Shown here piece by piece: positions 36,772 through 50,223 of a DNA stretch of 64,000 nt; position 1 is the stretch's first letter, and every line of letters starts with the position of its first letter. The DNA comes from Yuukianura sp. NJ FZ-2021 (taxonomy: Eukaryota): NCBI GenBank assembly GCA_046563655.1, contig CM102289.1, forward strand, positions 1,674,001 through 1,738,000, read 5' to 3'. Position numbers and translations under genes: made by a program. The notes beneath the pieces were generated by a model. The model did no database searches and was not told the DNA's origin. It was given only the letters and a program-made list of their open reading frames with translations.

Positions 36772-38084
36772 CTAAAATGCTAAGAGGAGATTTATGATTG
36801 ATGAAAGGACTACTTGGGCCCAAATGAACAAAATGAATTCTTTTGTTTCAAACGAAGAAAAACCTCCAACACTAATGCGCAACGGAGTCATGCTTTTCCA
36901 AAATTTTGATTCGTAGTTGGAGCATGATTTGGTTACTTGACGACCTAGTTCGATTAAACTTTTAGACATAATGTATTGATCAGTTGAAATGGACAAGAGC
37001 AGGGCGGTACATTCTATAGAAACTAAATTGGCAATAACAATAACAAAAACGATCGTATGAGGATACTTTCCGCTGGCGCGAATTACAAAAAATGAGAACG
37101 CGATCATACCCATCAAAATATTAATTACAAATACAGTAATTAAATTTTCAAAAGCTACCTCAAATGCTTTACTAATTACTTTAGCTTTCAAATACTCCAA
37201 TGTATCTGGACAAATTTCAGGTCCAGAACAATTGACTTCTTTCTGCCAGCGTGCTTCACTGTAAACAAAAATAAAAAAAACATTATTTTTATTTTTCTTT
37301 AAATTTTTTAATTTTAATTTTTTTTAAAAATTATTTTTGAAAAACCAAAAGCAATAACTGCAGGACCATTTCTTTTGACTTACCGATCAAAGCGGAGATC
37401 CTTCAGTAGTTGCCTAGTTGTGAACAAATATACAAATATCCAGTGAAACAGTGTAGCACTATTGCTCAATGAATGTCCAATGCCAACTGCAATAGCCGAG
37501 AACGCAATAAATTTGAATATTATGAATAGCGAAGCGTATGCGTTTGACTCCGGACTGCTGAGTTGTAAGCTAGCAACTGCCAGTACATTGTGAATTGTTG
37601 TGAACAGCCCAGGTAATGCCAATGACATAGCATATAAGAATGGCAGTAAAACAAACGGATACGTTATTGTAGCGGAGCAGAAGAGAAAACATATTATTTC
37701 AAAAGAGCGCGGCAATTTTCTGGACAAATGGAACTTGGTAGTTAGAGTAACATTTGCGACATTGATGCAACGTTGTCGTGTAGTTGGGTTGAATAGGATC
37801 CATTGTGTCCTATGCATTATATTAAAGACGCTGTTTAGGCCCACAGCGATTATTTTTTCAAATACTGTTGTCACACCAAAAACAGTTTCGTAGTACCAAT
37901 ACACTATAACTGTCCTAACAGCAACCGTAGAAAATACTCCAAACACCTTATACATTCGGTTGTTTTTAGTGTGAACAATACTATCTGGTTCTCCATGTTC
38001 CAAATGGTAAGTTACCGGTACGTAGTGCATAAATTTTGTCCAAGTATACATTAGCCTTACCCACAAATTGGTTTGATCAATCAT
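36772..38084 (-). CDS. R8: Gr-like 7TM protein (exons 38084-37384, 37258-36772; 395 aa)
   Basis: Paralogous; same intron; frame checked. Confidence 0.8.
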
Positions 38085-38677
38085 AATGTCTCGACTTTTA
38101 TAATGTTAAATTGAATGAGTAACTGTGTAATGGAAGTGGCACAAAAAAAATATACTAACTTAGCCTTTCTACGCGGTTCTACTTCAGCAACAAATGTGTT
38201 CTGAATATTTCTCAGCAAAAATACATCAATATATATGTCATATCTTCAGAATACAGTGCCCAGGCTTAGCCTAAGATTACATATATTTTTGTTCTTGAAT
38301 TCCTAAAGCCTGTTTTTCTCCTCCATCACACCTACGTTTTCTAAAAAAAAATCCAAGACTATATTTTTCTAAATGACATACTTTTTACTATTCATTTTTT
38401 CTTCCACGGCGGCTGGGTTATGTGGGTTCATGAAAAAACTCGTATTTTAGAAACAATTTTCTCCATCATAATTGTACAAAGCATTTGAAAAAATTGATGG
38501 TTTATTTGCTAACTGTCAGTAATCGAAGGTTATTCTAAGTTGAGAATGTTATGCAAGACAAACTCGAAAAACGTCGCAACATTTTTTTTTTTAGAAAATT
38601 GCACGGTCTTCAAAAGGAGAAATTAGAAACGGTAATTTTATATCTTGAATACACGGTGAAACAAATTTATTTCAATT

Positions 38678-38774
38678 TTACTCGAAAGTGGTAATTATTT
38701 CAATTCGAATTTTTATGGTGACATTTTGGGTGACTGAAAAATGCTTGGTCGAACATAGCATCAAGTCATTCTTG
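38678..38774 (-). pseudogene. Decayed copy of the G8 3' end
   Basis: ttactcgaaagtggtaatta..tgacatttt..aaaatgcttggtcgaacatagcatc aligns with 32884-32985. Confidence 0.6.
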
Positions 38775-39084
38775 AAACCATTTTGAAACCAAAATGATGA
38801 ATTCTGAAAACGAGAATAACATGTTCTCCTTTTTTTTAAAAAAAAAAACTAAGAACATGGTTTTAAGAAAGATTTCAATGGAAGATATTTCGTAATGACA
38901 TAGTACTCTGGACAAGGCATTTTTTTTCTTTCACGGCGGGTAAGTTTTGTTGGTTGGGTATTGAAAAATTTGTGTTTTAACAACAGCCTTGCTCCATCCA
39001 CCAACTTTTAGTTACGTCGAATGTCATTGGGAGTTTAATCATATGTTCTCCTAAAATGACAAGTTTTCATTAATTTGTGAAACT

Positions 39085-39232
39085 TTTTCTTAGTAAATTG
39101 TACAATGCTAGAGTAACAAACTTTTTTTTAGTAAATCGTAACTTAGTAGAGTAATTAAATTTTTGGTAGTGAATATTTATTAACTGTATTAACTAAATTT
39201 TTTGTAGTAAATTGTACCTGACTAGAGTAATA
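39085..39232. repeat. ~37-bp minisatellite, about 4 units
   Basis: tagtaaattgtac..tagagtaa units. Confidence 0.65.
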
Positions 39233-39748
39233 ATCAAGACGCCGATTCCATACCTTGCATAGATGTTCAGAAGACCTAAATTCCTAATGTAAAATTTTCT
39301 ATTGTTCTCATAGAATTGTCATGGGCGAGGGGGCACGAAGAAACCCGATCCTGCCTCCACTCAAAACCTTAATTTTTTGGCGGTTTACAAACTTTTGTGA
39401 GCCTTGAAAATTCAAACTCATTTCTAAAATTACAAACCAAAAACTCCAAATTCAAAAGTTTATAAAGCTCCAACTTTTTTGAAACCATTTTGGGTTTACT
39501 AATTCATTTACTCTTCAAATCCTTGTTTTTCAAAGTTGGAAAAAATTGCTACAAAAGAAAACTGATTAAAAGGTAAAGTAAATTGTAGAAACAGCATAAG
39601 TTGTCTACTTTTACTCAGGTAAGTGTACAGCCTCTCTACATGTACAAAGTAGATATAAGCTATACGGTTCTGTTTTTTTGTTTTTTTTTTTAATTTATAA
39701 ATCGTTTCTTTCTATTTTAAAATTTCAGAAACTCCAATTCCAACCGGC

Positions 39749-40687
39749 ATGAAAAGATCAAAGTCAAGACAAATTTTTTACGGCAGGTTCAAATGCCCCG
39801 AGTGTCCCAGATCTTACTTGTCAAAAAAGCATTTAAATGCTCACAAACGAACTCACTCACCAAATAACCCTTACGCCTGCACCGTATGCAACCATCAATT
39901 TGAATCCAACACTGGACTCACCCGTCACCTTGAAAGAGCGGATGCCCAGGGTCAGTTCAAATGTCATCTGTGTTTGGTCACCTTGACAACAAAACATGAA
40001 AAGACAATTCATCTTCGAACACACGGCGATTCTGGAATGAATTGCACTCAATGCAACAAACAGTTCAGGAGCAAAACTGGTTTTGCTCTACATTCGCAAA
40101 AGTACCATGCTGGAAAAAACGAGAAGTCGGAATCTCCTCATCAACCTCAACATGACGAGGTTGAATCGGAAGAAGAAAACGATGAAGATGAAAGTGATGA
40201 AATTTTGGAAACGAGTAGTGCAATTAACGAAGTAGTGGAAGATTCTTCTGACAATCCGAAACCAAACATGCCGAAAATTTCCGAAACGGACTCAGATGAA
40301 GTCGACCGCGACACTAACGGAAACGCTGACAAAGTCAAGCATCCTATTCATAAGTGTCCACTCTGTGACTTCACGTCGCGTCGAAACTACAACCTCACTG
40401 CACACATGAAACGCAAACACTCTATTACAAAAGTGTACAATTGCAGTGTCTGCTCAAGTGATTTTGAAACGTACATTGATTTGAAACGACATGAAAGAAA
40501 ACATGGTCAAAAAAAGTTCAACAAGTGCCGGTACTGCGGAAAATACTTTCAATCTGGAGCTGGGCTGCAGAACCACGAAAACATTCACACCGGTACAAAA
40601 AACCACAAATGTGAAATTTGCGGAGCAGCGTTTGTTCAAAAACCAAACTTAATCAGACATGTAAAATTCTGTATCACGCTACTCTAA
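39749..40687 (+). CDS. ZF3: C2H2 zinc-finger protein, paralog of ZF2, 312 aa
   Basis: Identical N-terminus MKRSKSRQIFYGRFKCPECPRSY and the same 4+4 layout; upstream DNA also paralogous. Confidence 0.88.
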   Translation: MKRSKSRQIFYGRFKCPECPRSYLSKKHLNAHKRTHSPNNPYACTVCNHQFESNTGLTRHLERADAQGQFKCHLCLVTLTTKHEKTIHLRTHGDSGMNCTQCNKQFRSKTGFALHSQKYHAGKNEKSESPHQPQHDEVESEEENDEDESDEILETSSAINEVVEDSSDNPKPNMPKISETDSDEVDRDTNGNADKVKHPIHKCPLCDFTSRRNYNLTAHMKRKHSITKVYNCSVCSSDFETYIDLKRHERKHGQKKFNKCRYCGKYFQSGAGLQNHENIHTGTKNHKCEICGAAFVQKPNLIRHVKFCITLL

Positions 40688-40967
40688 ATGTTAACTAAGT
40701 TAATTTCTTATTTATTTGTAATCCAATTATTACAATGTACCGATATTATTGTTCATCTACTTCACAGATTACACTGAAGTTAAAAAGAAAATTGTTTAGC
40801 ACATTTCACAAAAAAACTAAAAATAAAACAAGCGCACATTTTAATTTATAACTTGCAGTGTTGGTTTGAATTTGAATGCAACAAAAAATTTTTAATTCTA
40901 ACTTTTAAGTTTTGAATTATTAAATTCGACATGGATTGGACGCTTATTAGTGTGTGTTATTATTGTT

Positions 40968-42273
40968 CTAAAATGCTAAGAGGAGATTTATGATTGATGA
41001 AAGGACTACTTGCGCCCAAATGAACAAAATGAATTCTTTTGTTTCAAATGTCGAAAAACTTCCAACACAAATGCGTAAGGGAGCCATGCTCTTCCAAAAT
41101 GTTGATTCGTATTCTGAACATAATTTTGTACGTTGACGAGCTATTCTAATTAAGTTTTTAGACAAAATGTACTGATCAGTTGAAATGGACAAGAGAAATG
41201 CTGCACATTCTATACCAGCTAAATCTGCAACAGTAATTACTAAAACGATCATAAGAGGATACTCGCTGCTGGCTCGAATTACAAAAAATGAGAAAGCGAT
41301 CATGCATACCAAAATATTAACTACAAATACAGTAACTATACCTCCAAAAGCTACCTCAAATGCTTTGCCAATTACTTTAACTTTCAAATACTCCGATGTT
41401 CCTGGACAATTGCTTTCTGCAATTTGACGTCCAAAACAATCGCCTTCTTTCTGCCAGAGTGGTTCACTATAAACAAAAATAAAACACTTCAAATTTATTT
41501 TTTGAAAATAGTTTGATCCTATTTTTGAAAACCCAAAAGTAGTAACTAAGAAACAAATTTTATTTGACCTACCCGGAGAAGCAGAGATCTTTCAGTTGTT
41601 GATTGGTTGTGAACAAATATAGAAAGATCCAATGAAGCAGTGTATTAGCATTGATTAGTGCATGACCTATGCCTACTGCGATGCTAGATAAAGCAATAAG
41701 TTTGAATACTATGAATAACCAAGCGTACGCGTTTGATTCCGGACTGCTGAGTTGTGAAGCAGCAACTTCCAGTACATTATTCAATGTTGTGAACAGCCCA
41801 GGTAATGCCAATGACATAGCGTATACGAATGGCAGTAAGATAAACGGATACGCTATCGATGTCGAACAAAATTGCAAACATATCATTTCAAAAGAGCGCG
41901 GCAATTTTCTGGACAAATTGAATTTGGTATTTAGCGTAATGTTTGTGACGTTGATGCAACGTTGTCGTGCATTCGGAATAAGTAGAATCCATTGTGCCAT
42001 ATGCAATACATTAAAGACACTGTTCAGTCCCACGGCAATAATTTTTTCAAGTTTTGTCGTATTAGAAGAAACGGTTTCATAGTACCAGTATACTATAAGT
42101 ATCCCAATAACAACCGTACAAAATACTCCCAACACCTTGTACACTGTGTTGTTTTTGGTATGAACAATAGTGTCAGGCTGTCCATGTCCAAAATGGTAGG
42201 TTACCGGTACGTAGTGCAGAAATCTTGTCCAAGTATACATTAACCTAACCATTAAATTAGTTCGATCCTTCAT
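40968..42273 (-). CDS. R9: Gr-like 7TM protein (exons 42273-41573, 41466-40968; 399 aa)
   Basis: Paralogous; same intron; frame checked. Confidence 0.8.
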
Positions 42274-42963
42274 AATGCCTTGAGTTCTTTAGTGTGACAC
42301 TGAGTGTGAATAAGTGTGAAATGGCGGTAAAACAGCGAAATGTAACAATTTAGCCTTTCACGGTTCTACTTCAGCAATAAATGTGTTCTCCAGGTGTATA
42401 CATGATTATATATTTCAAAACTTCATGAAACGGAATTGTAACTTTGCGCGTGTTTAACTTAATTTTCGTCCATGAATTCATAGAACATGTTTTCTCCTCC
42501 CCCTTTAAACCTATAACATATTTTTCCTTTACACGTACAATACTTTCTAAATACAAAGGATTTTCAGAATTATATATTTTATAATGACATACTTTCTGCA
42601 ATTTGTTGTTCTACGTATAACGAATAGTTCATGCCGGCTTATTAAAAAATTTGTATGCCGAATAACCCTTTTTCCATCACTTTTGTGCAAAGCATTTAAA
42701 GCAAATTAATGGTATTTTTGCAAACTGCGAATAAATCGAGCGCTATTAAAAGTTGACAGTGCAGAAAACTTTTAGAAACTTTTTAAGTAAATATCAGTCA
42801 ACTAATTGCATGCATTGAAGTAAATTGCAGTCTACTAATTACATGTATTTAAGTAAATTGCAGTCTACTAGTTGCAATTAACTCAAGTAAATTGCAGTCA
42901 TTAAAAACGGTAATTTTATGTTGCACATACATGGTGAAACAATATTGATTTTAGCTTCCAATT

Positions 42964-43072
42964 TTACTCAAAAGCGATATTTAGTTTAATTCGGATTTTT
43001 ATGACATCTTTGTCGATTGAAGGAAAAGTGCTTGGTTGGACGCAGTAGAGTTTACTCATTTTCCACAGGATG
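42964..43072 (-). pseudogene. Decayed copy of the G8 3' end
   Basis: ttactcaaaagcgatatttagtttaattcggatttttatgacat..aaaagtgcttggttggacgcagtag..attttccacaggatg aligns with 32884-32995. Confidence 0.75.
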
Positions 43073-43337
43073 TTAAGCTGTTTTTTGTTTTTATCATAAT
43101 TGACTCATATTGTTCTTTCATGACACAAATTACATAGAAGGGGAAATACAAGAACATTTTGTTACATTGCATCAAACAATTTAAAAATTTAAAAATAATG
43201 CAAATATACAATTTCGGAAATAGATTCCGAAATGGAATTTAAATGCTTCAGATTTCATTAAATTATAAATTTTAACTTGTAATTTACTAAATTTGAAAGA
43301 TATTTTTGAACAAGAAAGTGATGAATAAATTATCATT

Positions 43338-44622
43338 CTAAAATGCTAATAGGAGGTTTACAATTGATGTAATAACTACTTGTGACCAAATGAACAAAAT
43401 GAATTCTCTTGTTTCCAGCGAAGAAAAGGTTCCAACACAAATGCGTAATGGGGTCATACTCTTCCAAAATTTTGACTCGTATTTTGAGCATGGCTTTACT
43501 GCTTGACGAGCTAGTCTGATAATGTTTTTAGACAAAATGTACTGATCAGTTGACATTGACAAGAAGAGAGCTGTACATACTATCGCAGCAAAATCGGCAA
43601 TGACATTAACAAAAACAATCGTAAGAGGATATTCGCTACTGGCACGTATTGCAAAAAATGAAAAGATGATCATACCCATCAAAATGTTAACTACAAAAAC
43701 AGTAATTAAATTTTTAAAGGCTACCTCAAATGCTTTACCAATTACTTTAACTTTCAAATACTCCATTGTAATTAGACAGCTTTGAGGTCCACGAAAATTG
43801 GGTTCGTTCTGGCGTACTTCACTATAAAAAAAAAGAAAAGTTACGAAAGTTTTTTGAAACTTGCAAAAACACTAAAAATTAAGTTTATAAAAACTAAAAC
43901 CAGGATTAATTTTATCCAACTTACCCTGCCATGCAGAGATCCTTCAGTAGCTGCTTGGTTGTGAACAAATATATAAAGATCCAATGAAACATGATATGAC
44001 CATTAACCGATGCATGTCCTATACCAACTGCAATACTAAAGAAGGTAATAAATTTGAATATTATGAACAGCAAGAAGTAGGTCTTTGTTTCCGGACTGCT
44101 GATTTGTGAAATAGTAATATCGAGTACATTGTGAATTGTTGTGAACAGCCCAGGTAATGCCCATGACATAGCATATACGAATGGCAAATACAGAAAAGAA
44201 TACGATATTGATGTCGAACAGAGTTGCAAACATAGCATTTCAAAAGAGCGCGGCAATTTCTTGGACAAATGGAACTTGGTATCGAGAGTAATGTTGATGA
44301 CGTTGATGCAGCGTTGTCGTGTATTTGGAATGAGTAGAATCCATTGTGACATATGCAATATATTAAGGAAATTGCTTAGCCCAAAACCAATTACTTTTTC
44401 AAATTTTGTCGTAGAACCAAAAACGGTTTCGTAGTACAAAGATGATATAAATACGGCATGAGCAGCCGTAGAAAATGCTCCCAACACCTTGTACACTGTG
44501 CTGTTTTTGGTGGGAACAATAGTATCAGGCTTTCCATGTCCAAAATGGTATGCTACCGGTACGCAGCGTATGAAGTTTGCCCAAGCATACATTAACCTCA
44601 CCCAGATATCGGTTCGACTCAT
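43338..44622 (-). CDS. R10: Gr-like 7TM protein (exons 44622-43925, 43821-43338; 393 aa)
   Basis: Paralogous; same intron; frame checked. Confidence 0.8.
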
Positions 44623-45054
44623 TATACAATGTTATATTAAACGTTATCTCGCAGTAATATGTTTTATAAATTTCCAGCATAAAATCGTTGTAGGTGTGTA
44701 CGTTATCAACCTTCAAGAAACGTGGTGTTTAGTTTTTTTCACTTGGTCGTCCAGAATTAAAAACAAATTGCTTTTTTTCTTTGAAAAAAAGTAAATGATT
44801 TTTGACGTTTTAGAAACATAAAAAATCTTCGAAAATTTTTTCCAGGAATGACGTTATGATGAAACTAAAAGTTCTTTTTCTTTCTTTGCAGCTGAGGCAC
44901 TTTAGTTAACGGAGAAATTCGTAGTATATATAACAACTTTTCTCCATAGGGTAATATAAGGTATTCCAAAAAACTGATAGTTTCATTGCTATCTATCGTA
45001 GTTAATGGGAAGTTAAGGATATGTTCTCTCCAAATTACATGAAATGAAATTTCT

Positions 45055-45385
45055 TTTTGTAAATTGTACCCTCTACAGTAATCAACTTTTTCGAAGTAAA
45101 TTTTGGCCTACTACAGTATTCAACTTTATTTTTAGTAAATTGTAGCCTACTAGAGTAATAAGTTTTTTTCAGTAAATAGTTGCCTACTGCAGTAATAAAC
45201 GTTTTTTTAGTAAATTGTAGCGTGCTACAGTAATAAACTTTTTTTTAGTAAACTGTAGCTGCTATAATAATTTTTATAGCAACTTTTGGAAATTGTAGGA
45301 TATCCAGTAATAAGTTTTCTTTTAGTAAATTGCATCTACGGCAATAAACTTTTTTTTAGTTTATCGTAGCCAACCAGAGTAATTC
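45055..45385. repeat. ~37-bp minisatellite, about 9 units
   Basis: tttagtaaattgtagcctactagagtaataag-type units in tandem. Confidence 0.8.
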
Positions 45386-45631
45386 ACATTTTTTGGAGCA
45401 CAAGTTAGAACTTAAGTGACATAATACAAGGTAGTATAAGAGGTCAAGATACTCAACACCTTGTACGTACGTACAAGAGTTTTCAAAAATTGTTCCGATC
45501 AAACATTTTTTTTATTTCACAGTTTCACAATGCAGTGGTGACATGAATTTAAATGTAATTGACTTCGTTTTAATCTAATCGTAATCTATAATCGTAAATT
45601 TATTATTGAATGAGTGCTGAATAACATTATT

Positions 45632-46904
45632 CTAAAATGCTAAAAGGAGATTTACAATTGATACACTCACTTGTAACCAAATGAACAAAACGAACTCTTT
45701 TGTTTCAAGGGAAGAGAAACCTCCAACAACGATGCGCAATGGAGTCATACTCTTCCAAAATTTTGATTCGTATTTTGAGCATGGCTTTACTGCTTGACGA
45801 GATAATCTAATAATGCTTTTAGACAAAATGTACTGATCAGTTGACAATGAGAAGAAGAGGTCTGTACATACTATTGCAGCAAAATCGGCAATAACAATAA
45901 CAAAATCTATCGTAAGAGGATACTCGCCGGTGGCACGTATTGTAAAAAATGAGTAGACGATCATACCCATCAAAATGTTAATTACAAATACAGTAATTAG
46001 CTCTCCAAAGGCTACCTCAAATGCTTTACCAATTATTTTAACTTTTAAATACTCCATTGTATCGGGACAAATTTGAGGTCCAAAAAAATTGAATTTTTTC
46101 TGGCGTACTTCACTATAAAAAAAATATCAAAATTATTTAAAAATTACAAAATCACTTTGAATTTAGTGTATAAAACTAAAACCAGGATAAATTTCATCCG
46201 ACCTACCCAGCCATGCAGAGATCGTTTAGTAGTTGCTTGGTTGTGAACAAATATGTAAACATCCAGTGAAACATAATATGACCATTAACCGATGCATGAC
46301 CCATGCCCACTGCAATACTAAGGCAAGTAATAAATTTGAATATTATGAACAGCAAGAAGTACGCGGTTGTCTCCGGACTGCTGATTTGTGAAATAGTAAT
46401 ATCGAGTATATTGTGAATTGTGGTGAACAGCCCAGGTAATGCCCATGACATAGCGTAAACAAATGGCAAATAAATGAACGAATACGATATTGACGTCGAA
46501 CAGAGTTGCAAACATAGCATTTCAAATGAGCGCGGCAATTTCTTGGACAAATGGAACTTGGTATCGAGAGTAATGTTGATGACGTTGATGCAGCGTTGTC
46601 GTGTATTTGGAATGAGTAGAATCCATTGTGACATATGCAATATATTAAGGAAATTGCTTAGCCCAAAAGCAATTACTTTTTCAAATTTTGTCGCAGAACC
46701 AAAAACGGTTTCATAGTACAAAGATGTTATAAATACGCCAAGAGCAGCCGTAGAAAATACTCCCAACACCTTGAACACTGTGTTGTTTTTGGTGTGAACA
46801 ATGGTATCAGGCTTTCCATGTCCAAAATGGTATGCTACCGGCACGCAGCGCATGAAGTTTGCCCAGGCATACATTAACCTCACCCAGATATCGGTTCGAT
46901 TCAT
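45632..46904 (-). CDS. R11: Gr-like 7TM protein (exons 46904-46207, 46112-45632; 392 aa), recent duplicate of R10
   Basis: Exon 1 nearly identical to R10; frame checked. Confidence 0.8.
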
Positions 46905-47334
46905 TCTACAATGTTATATTCAACTTTATGCTTCAGCATTACATGTTTTCTAAATTTCTAAAATAAAATTATTGTAGGTGCTTACGCAAGAAACCTTCAA
47001 GAAACTTGGAGTTTTTACTTAGTGTTTTCACTTTTTCCAGAATTTAAAAAAAAGTCTTGAAATTATTGAACAATTCTTGAGTTTTTGGAAACGTAAAACA
47101 TCTTTTAAAAAGTTCCAGACGAATGATATTATGATCAAACAAAAAGTTATTTTTCGTTTGTTTGCGGTTGAGTTAAGTTAGCTAATGCAGGAAATCGTAA
47201 TATATATAAACAACTTTTCTCCCGAAGGTAATGCAAGGTATTCCAAAAAACCGATAGTTTCATTGCTATCGGTTAGTAAATCGTAGTTAATGGGAAGTTA
47301 AGGATATGTTCTCTCCAAATGACAGGAAACGAAA

Positions 47335-47580
47335 TTTCTTTTTGTACATTATACCCTCTACAGTATTCAACTTTTTCTAAGTAAATCCTGGCCTACTACA
47401 AAAATAAACTTTTTTTTTAGTAAATTGTAGACTACTAGAGTAATAAGTTTTTTAGTAAATTGTAGGCTACTAGTGTAACAAATTTTATTTTTAGTAAATT
47501 GTAGAGGAATGGACTTTATTTCTAGTAAATTGTAGCCTACAAGAGGAATAAGCTTTTTTAGGTAACTTTCCTACCGCAGT
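47335..47580. repeat. ~37-bp minisatellite, about 7 units
   Basis: Same unit as 45055-45385. Confidence 0.75.
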
Positions 47581-48285
47581 CAGTGCTGGCAAAATGATTG
47601 TGACTGACGTTAGTAACGTTTATTACCGGTCCCCTCTTGTCATAATCAAAAGTATGTCATTTTTATTTTTTTTTATCTCATGTGAGTTTCTGCCGTGTTT
47701 TTTGTGGGAAAATGAGCTAGAGGAGCGAATTTGTACCAAAAGCAAAGCCAAACACAATTTTGTCGTTTTGTGTTGGTTTATAATATATTTGATGGCAAAA
47801 TTTGTCTTTTAACAATCATCTTTCTCCGACAACTTTAGGCAACACATTTGAAAATAGTGATACCTTCGTCGCTAACTGTTAGTAACAAGTTGAAGGTGAT
47901 TGGATGTTAATAATATGTTCTCCTGAAAAGAGTAGCTTTAAGAACTTGTGAAACGTTTTCCTTAGTAAATTGTATCCTATAGTAATTATTCTTTGGTAAA
48001 TTGTAACCTACAAATGAAATTGCATTTTGTATAGTAAATTGTAACCTGCCAAAGTAATGATTTTTTTATTAGTTCAAGTGCATTTATTTTACTTTGCGGA
48101 AGTTGTTCACGGTGTTTGGGATTTTATATCTCTTTACTTTTTGTATAAAAGTTTAATGATTTCTTAGAGTTTCAAACTTACGTGCCACAAAACTAAATTC
48201 TATTACACTAAATTCTTTTAATACTTATTTTTAAGTTATATATCGTTCAATTTAACATTGAATGAATGCTGAATTAGTTATAATT

Positions 48286-49565
48286 CTAAAATGCTAAGAG
48301 GAGATTTATAACTGATGAAACAACTACTTGTGACCAAATGAACAAAATGAATTCTTTCGTTTCAAACGAAGAAAAGCTGCCAACAACGATGCGTAATGGA
48401 GTCATGCCGTTCCAAAATTTTGAGTTGTATTTAGAGTAGGATTTTCTTGCTTCTTGACGAGCTAGCTCAATTAAACTTTTACTTAGAATGTACTGATCAG
48501 TTGAAATAGCCAGGAGCACGGCGGCGTCTACTGTAGAAGCACAATCGGCACTAACAATAACAAAAACTATCGCAAGAGGAAAGTCACCACTGGCACGAAT
48601 TGCAAAAAATGAGAACACGACCACAATCACCAAAATATTAATTACAATTACAGTAATTAAATTCCCAAAAGCCACCTCAAATGCACTGCCGATTACTTTA
48701 ACCTTCAAATACTCCAAAGAATCTGAAGATTGAATTCCAGAGCAACTGCCTCCTCCATTCTTGCGTACTTCACTATAAACATCAATTAGAATTGTACTTA
48801 AAAGTTTTAAAAACGCTTTAAAAGTTTGAAACAAAACTAAAAACAATAAGTACAGCACATATTCTACTGGACCTACCAGGCCAAGCAGAGTTCGTTTAGT
48901 TGTTGATTAGTTGTGAACAAATACATATAAATCCAATGAAACAAGGTACAAACATTGACCGCTGCATGACCCATGCCAACTGCAATAATCCAAAACGCTA
49001 TAAACTGTAATATGATGAACGCCGAATACTGCGGAACGCTGAGTTGTGAAACGATAAATGCAAGTATATTGTTAATTGTTGTAAACAGTCCAGGTAATGC
49101 CCATGACGCAGCGTACAGGAATGGTAGGAACATAAACGGATACATTATTGATGAAGAACAGAAGATGAAACACATCATTTCAAAAGAGCGTGCCATTTTT
49201 CTTGATAAATGGAACTTTATATGGAGAGTACTGTTAACGACGTTGATGCAACGTTCTCGTTTGGTTTGAATAAGTAGAATCCATTGTGTCATATGCATTA
49301 CATTGCATACACTATTTATGCCCACAGCAATTATTTTTTCAAATTTTGTAGTAACACCAAAAATGGTTTCGTAGTACCAACATACTATAAGTGCCCCCAT
49401 AACAACTGTAGAGAATACTCCAAACACCTTGTATACAGTGTTATTTTTAGGTTGAACAATAGTATCAGGCTGTCCATGTCCAAAATGGTACGTTACCGGC
49501 ACGTAGTGCATAAATCTTGTCCAAGTATACATCAACCTTACCCAATGATTGGTTCGCTCCTTCAT
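48286..49565 (-). CDS. R12: Gr-like 7TM protein (exons 49565-48877, 48772-48286; 391 aa)
   Basis: Paralogous; same intron; frame checked. Confidence 0.8.
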
Positions 49566-50223
49566 ATTTCCTCGATTAATGTTGTATGAATCGTGTAATA
49601 GCGGTAATGCCAAGAATTAGAACGACTTAGGCGGTCACGGTATAGTCAAGCAATGAATGTGTTCTTGACGCTAAAACACATGAGTTTATATATCAAGCAT
49701 TCGCGACTTTTGACTGCATTTGACTTTGACCATAATTATACAAATTTTTGTCCAGGAATAGCAAAACCATGTTAACTACCACGCCTATTTTTTCTTCCAT
49801 GTCGGTTAAGCATGTCGACTTATGGATAAATTTGTATTTTAACAACCACCCTTCATCATGTTTATGCATAGCTTTTCAAAAAAATTATACCTGCTTTGCT
49901 AAATGTAGGTAAGTCAAATGAGATTAACAAGTTAATGATATATTTTCCAAAAATGACAGGCTTTAATAACTATGATAAATTTGTTTCAGGGAAATTTTTT
50001 TGTAGCCCGCTAGAGTAGTATGTTTTGTCTTTAGTAAATTGTACAGTAATTATTTTTTCTTATTAAATTGTAGCCTACTAGCGTAATAATCAAAAATGAC
50101 AAAGAGAAAGGTCAAAACCCAATCAAAAATCTGGTTAATGGTAATTGAACAAAATTTTCACCAATTGTTAAAATCAATATTGAGGTCATTTTTGCAAATT
50201 TTCAGGCTGAATGAGTTATCATT

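Noticed and set aside
31880..47580. CRISPR-like reading of the ~37-bp repeats
   Set aside because: Units are contiguous and degenerate with no unique spacers, no cas genes, and the context is eukaryotic.
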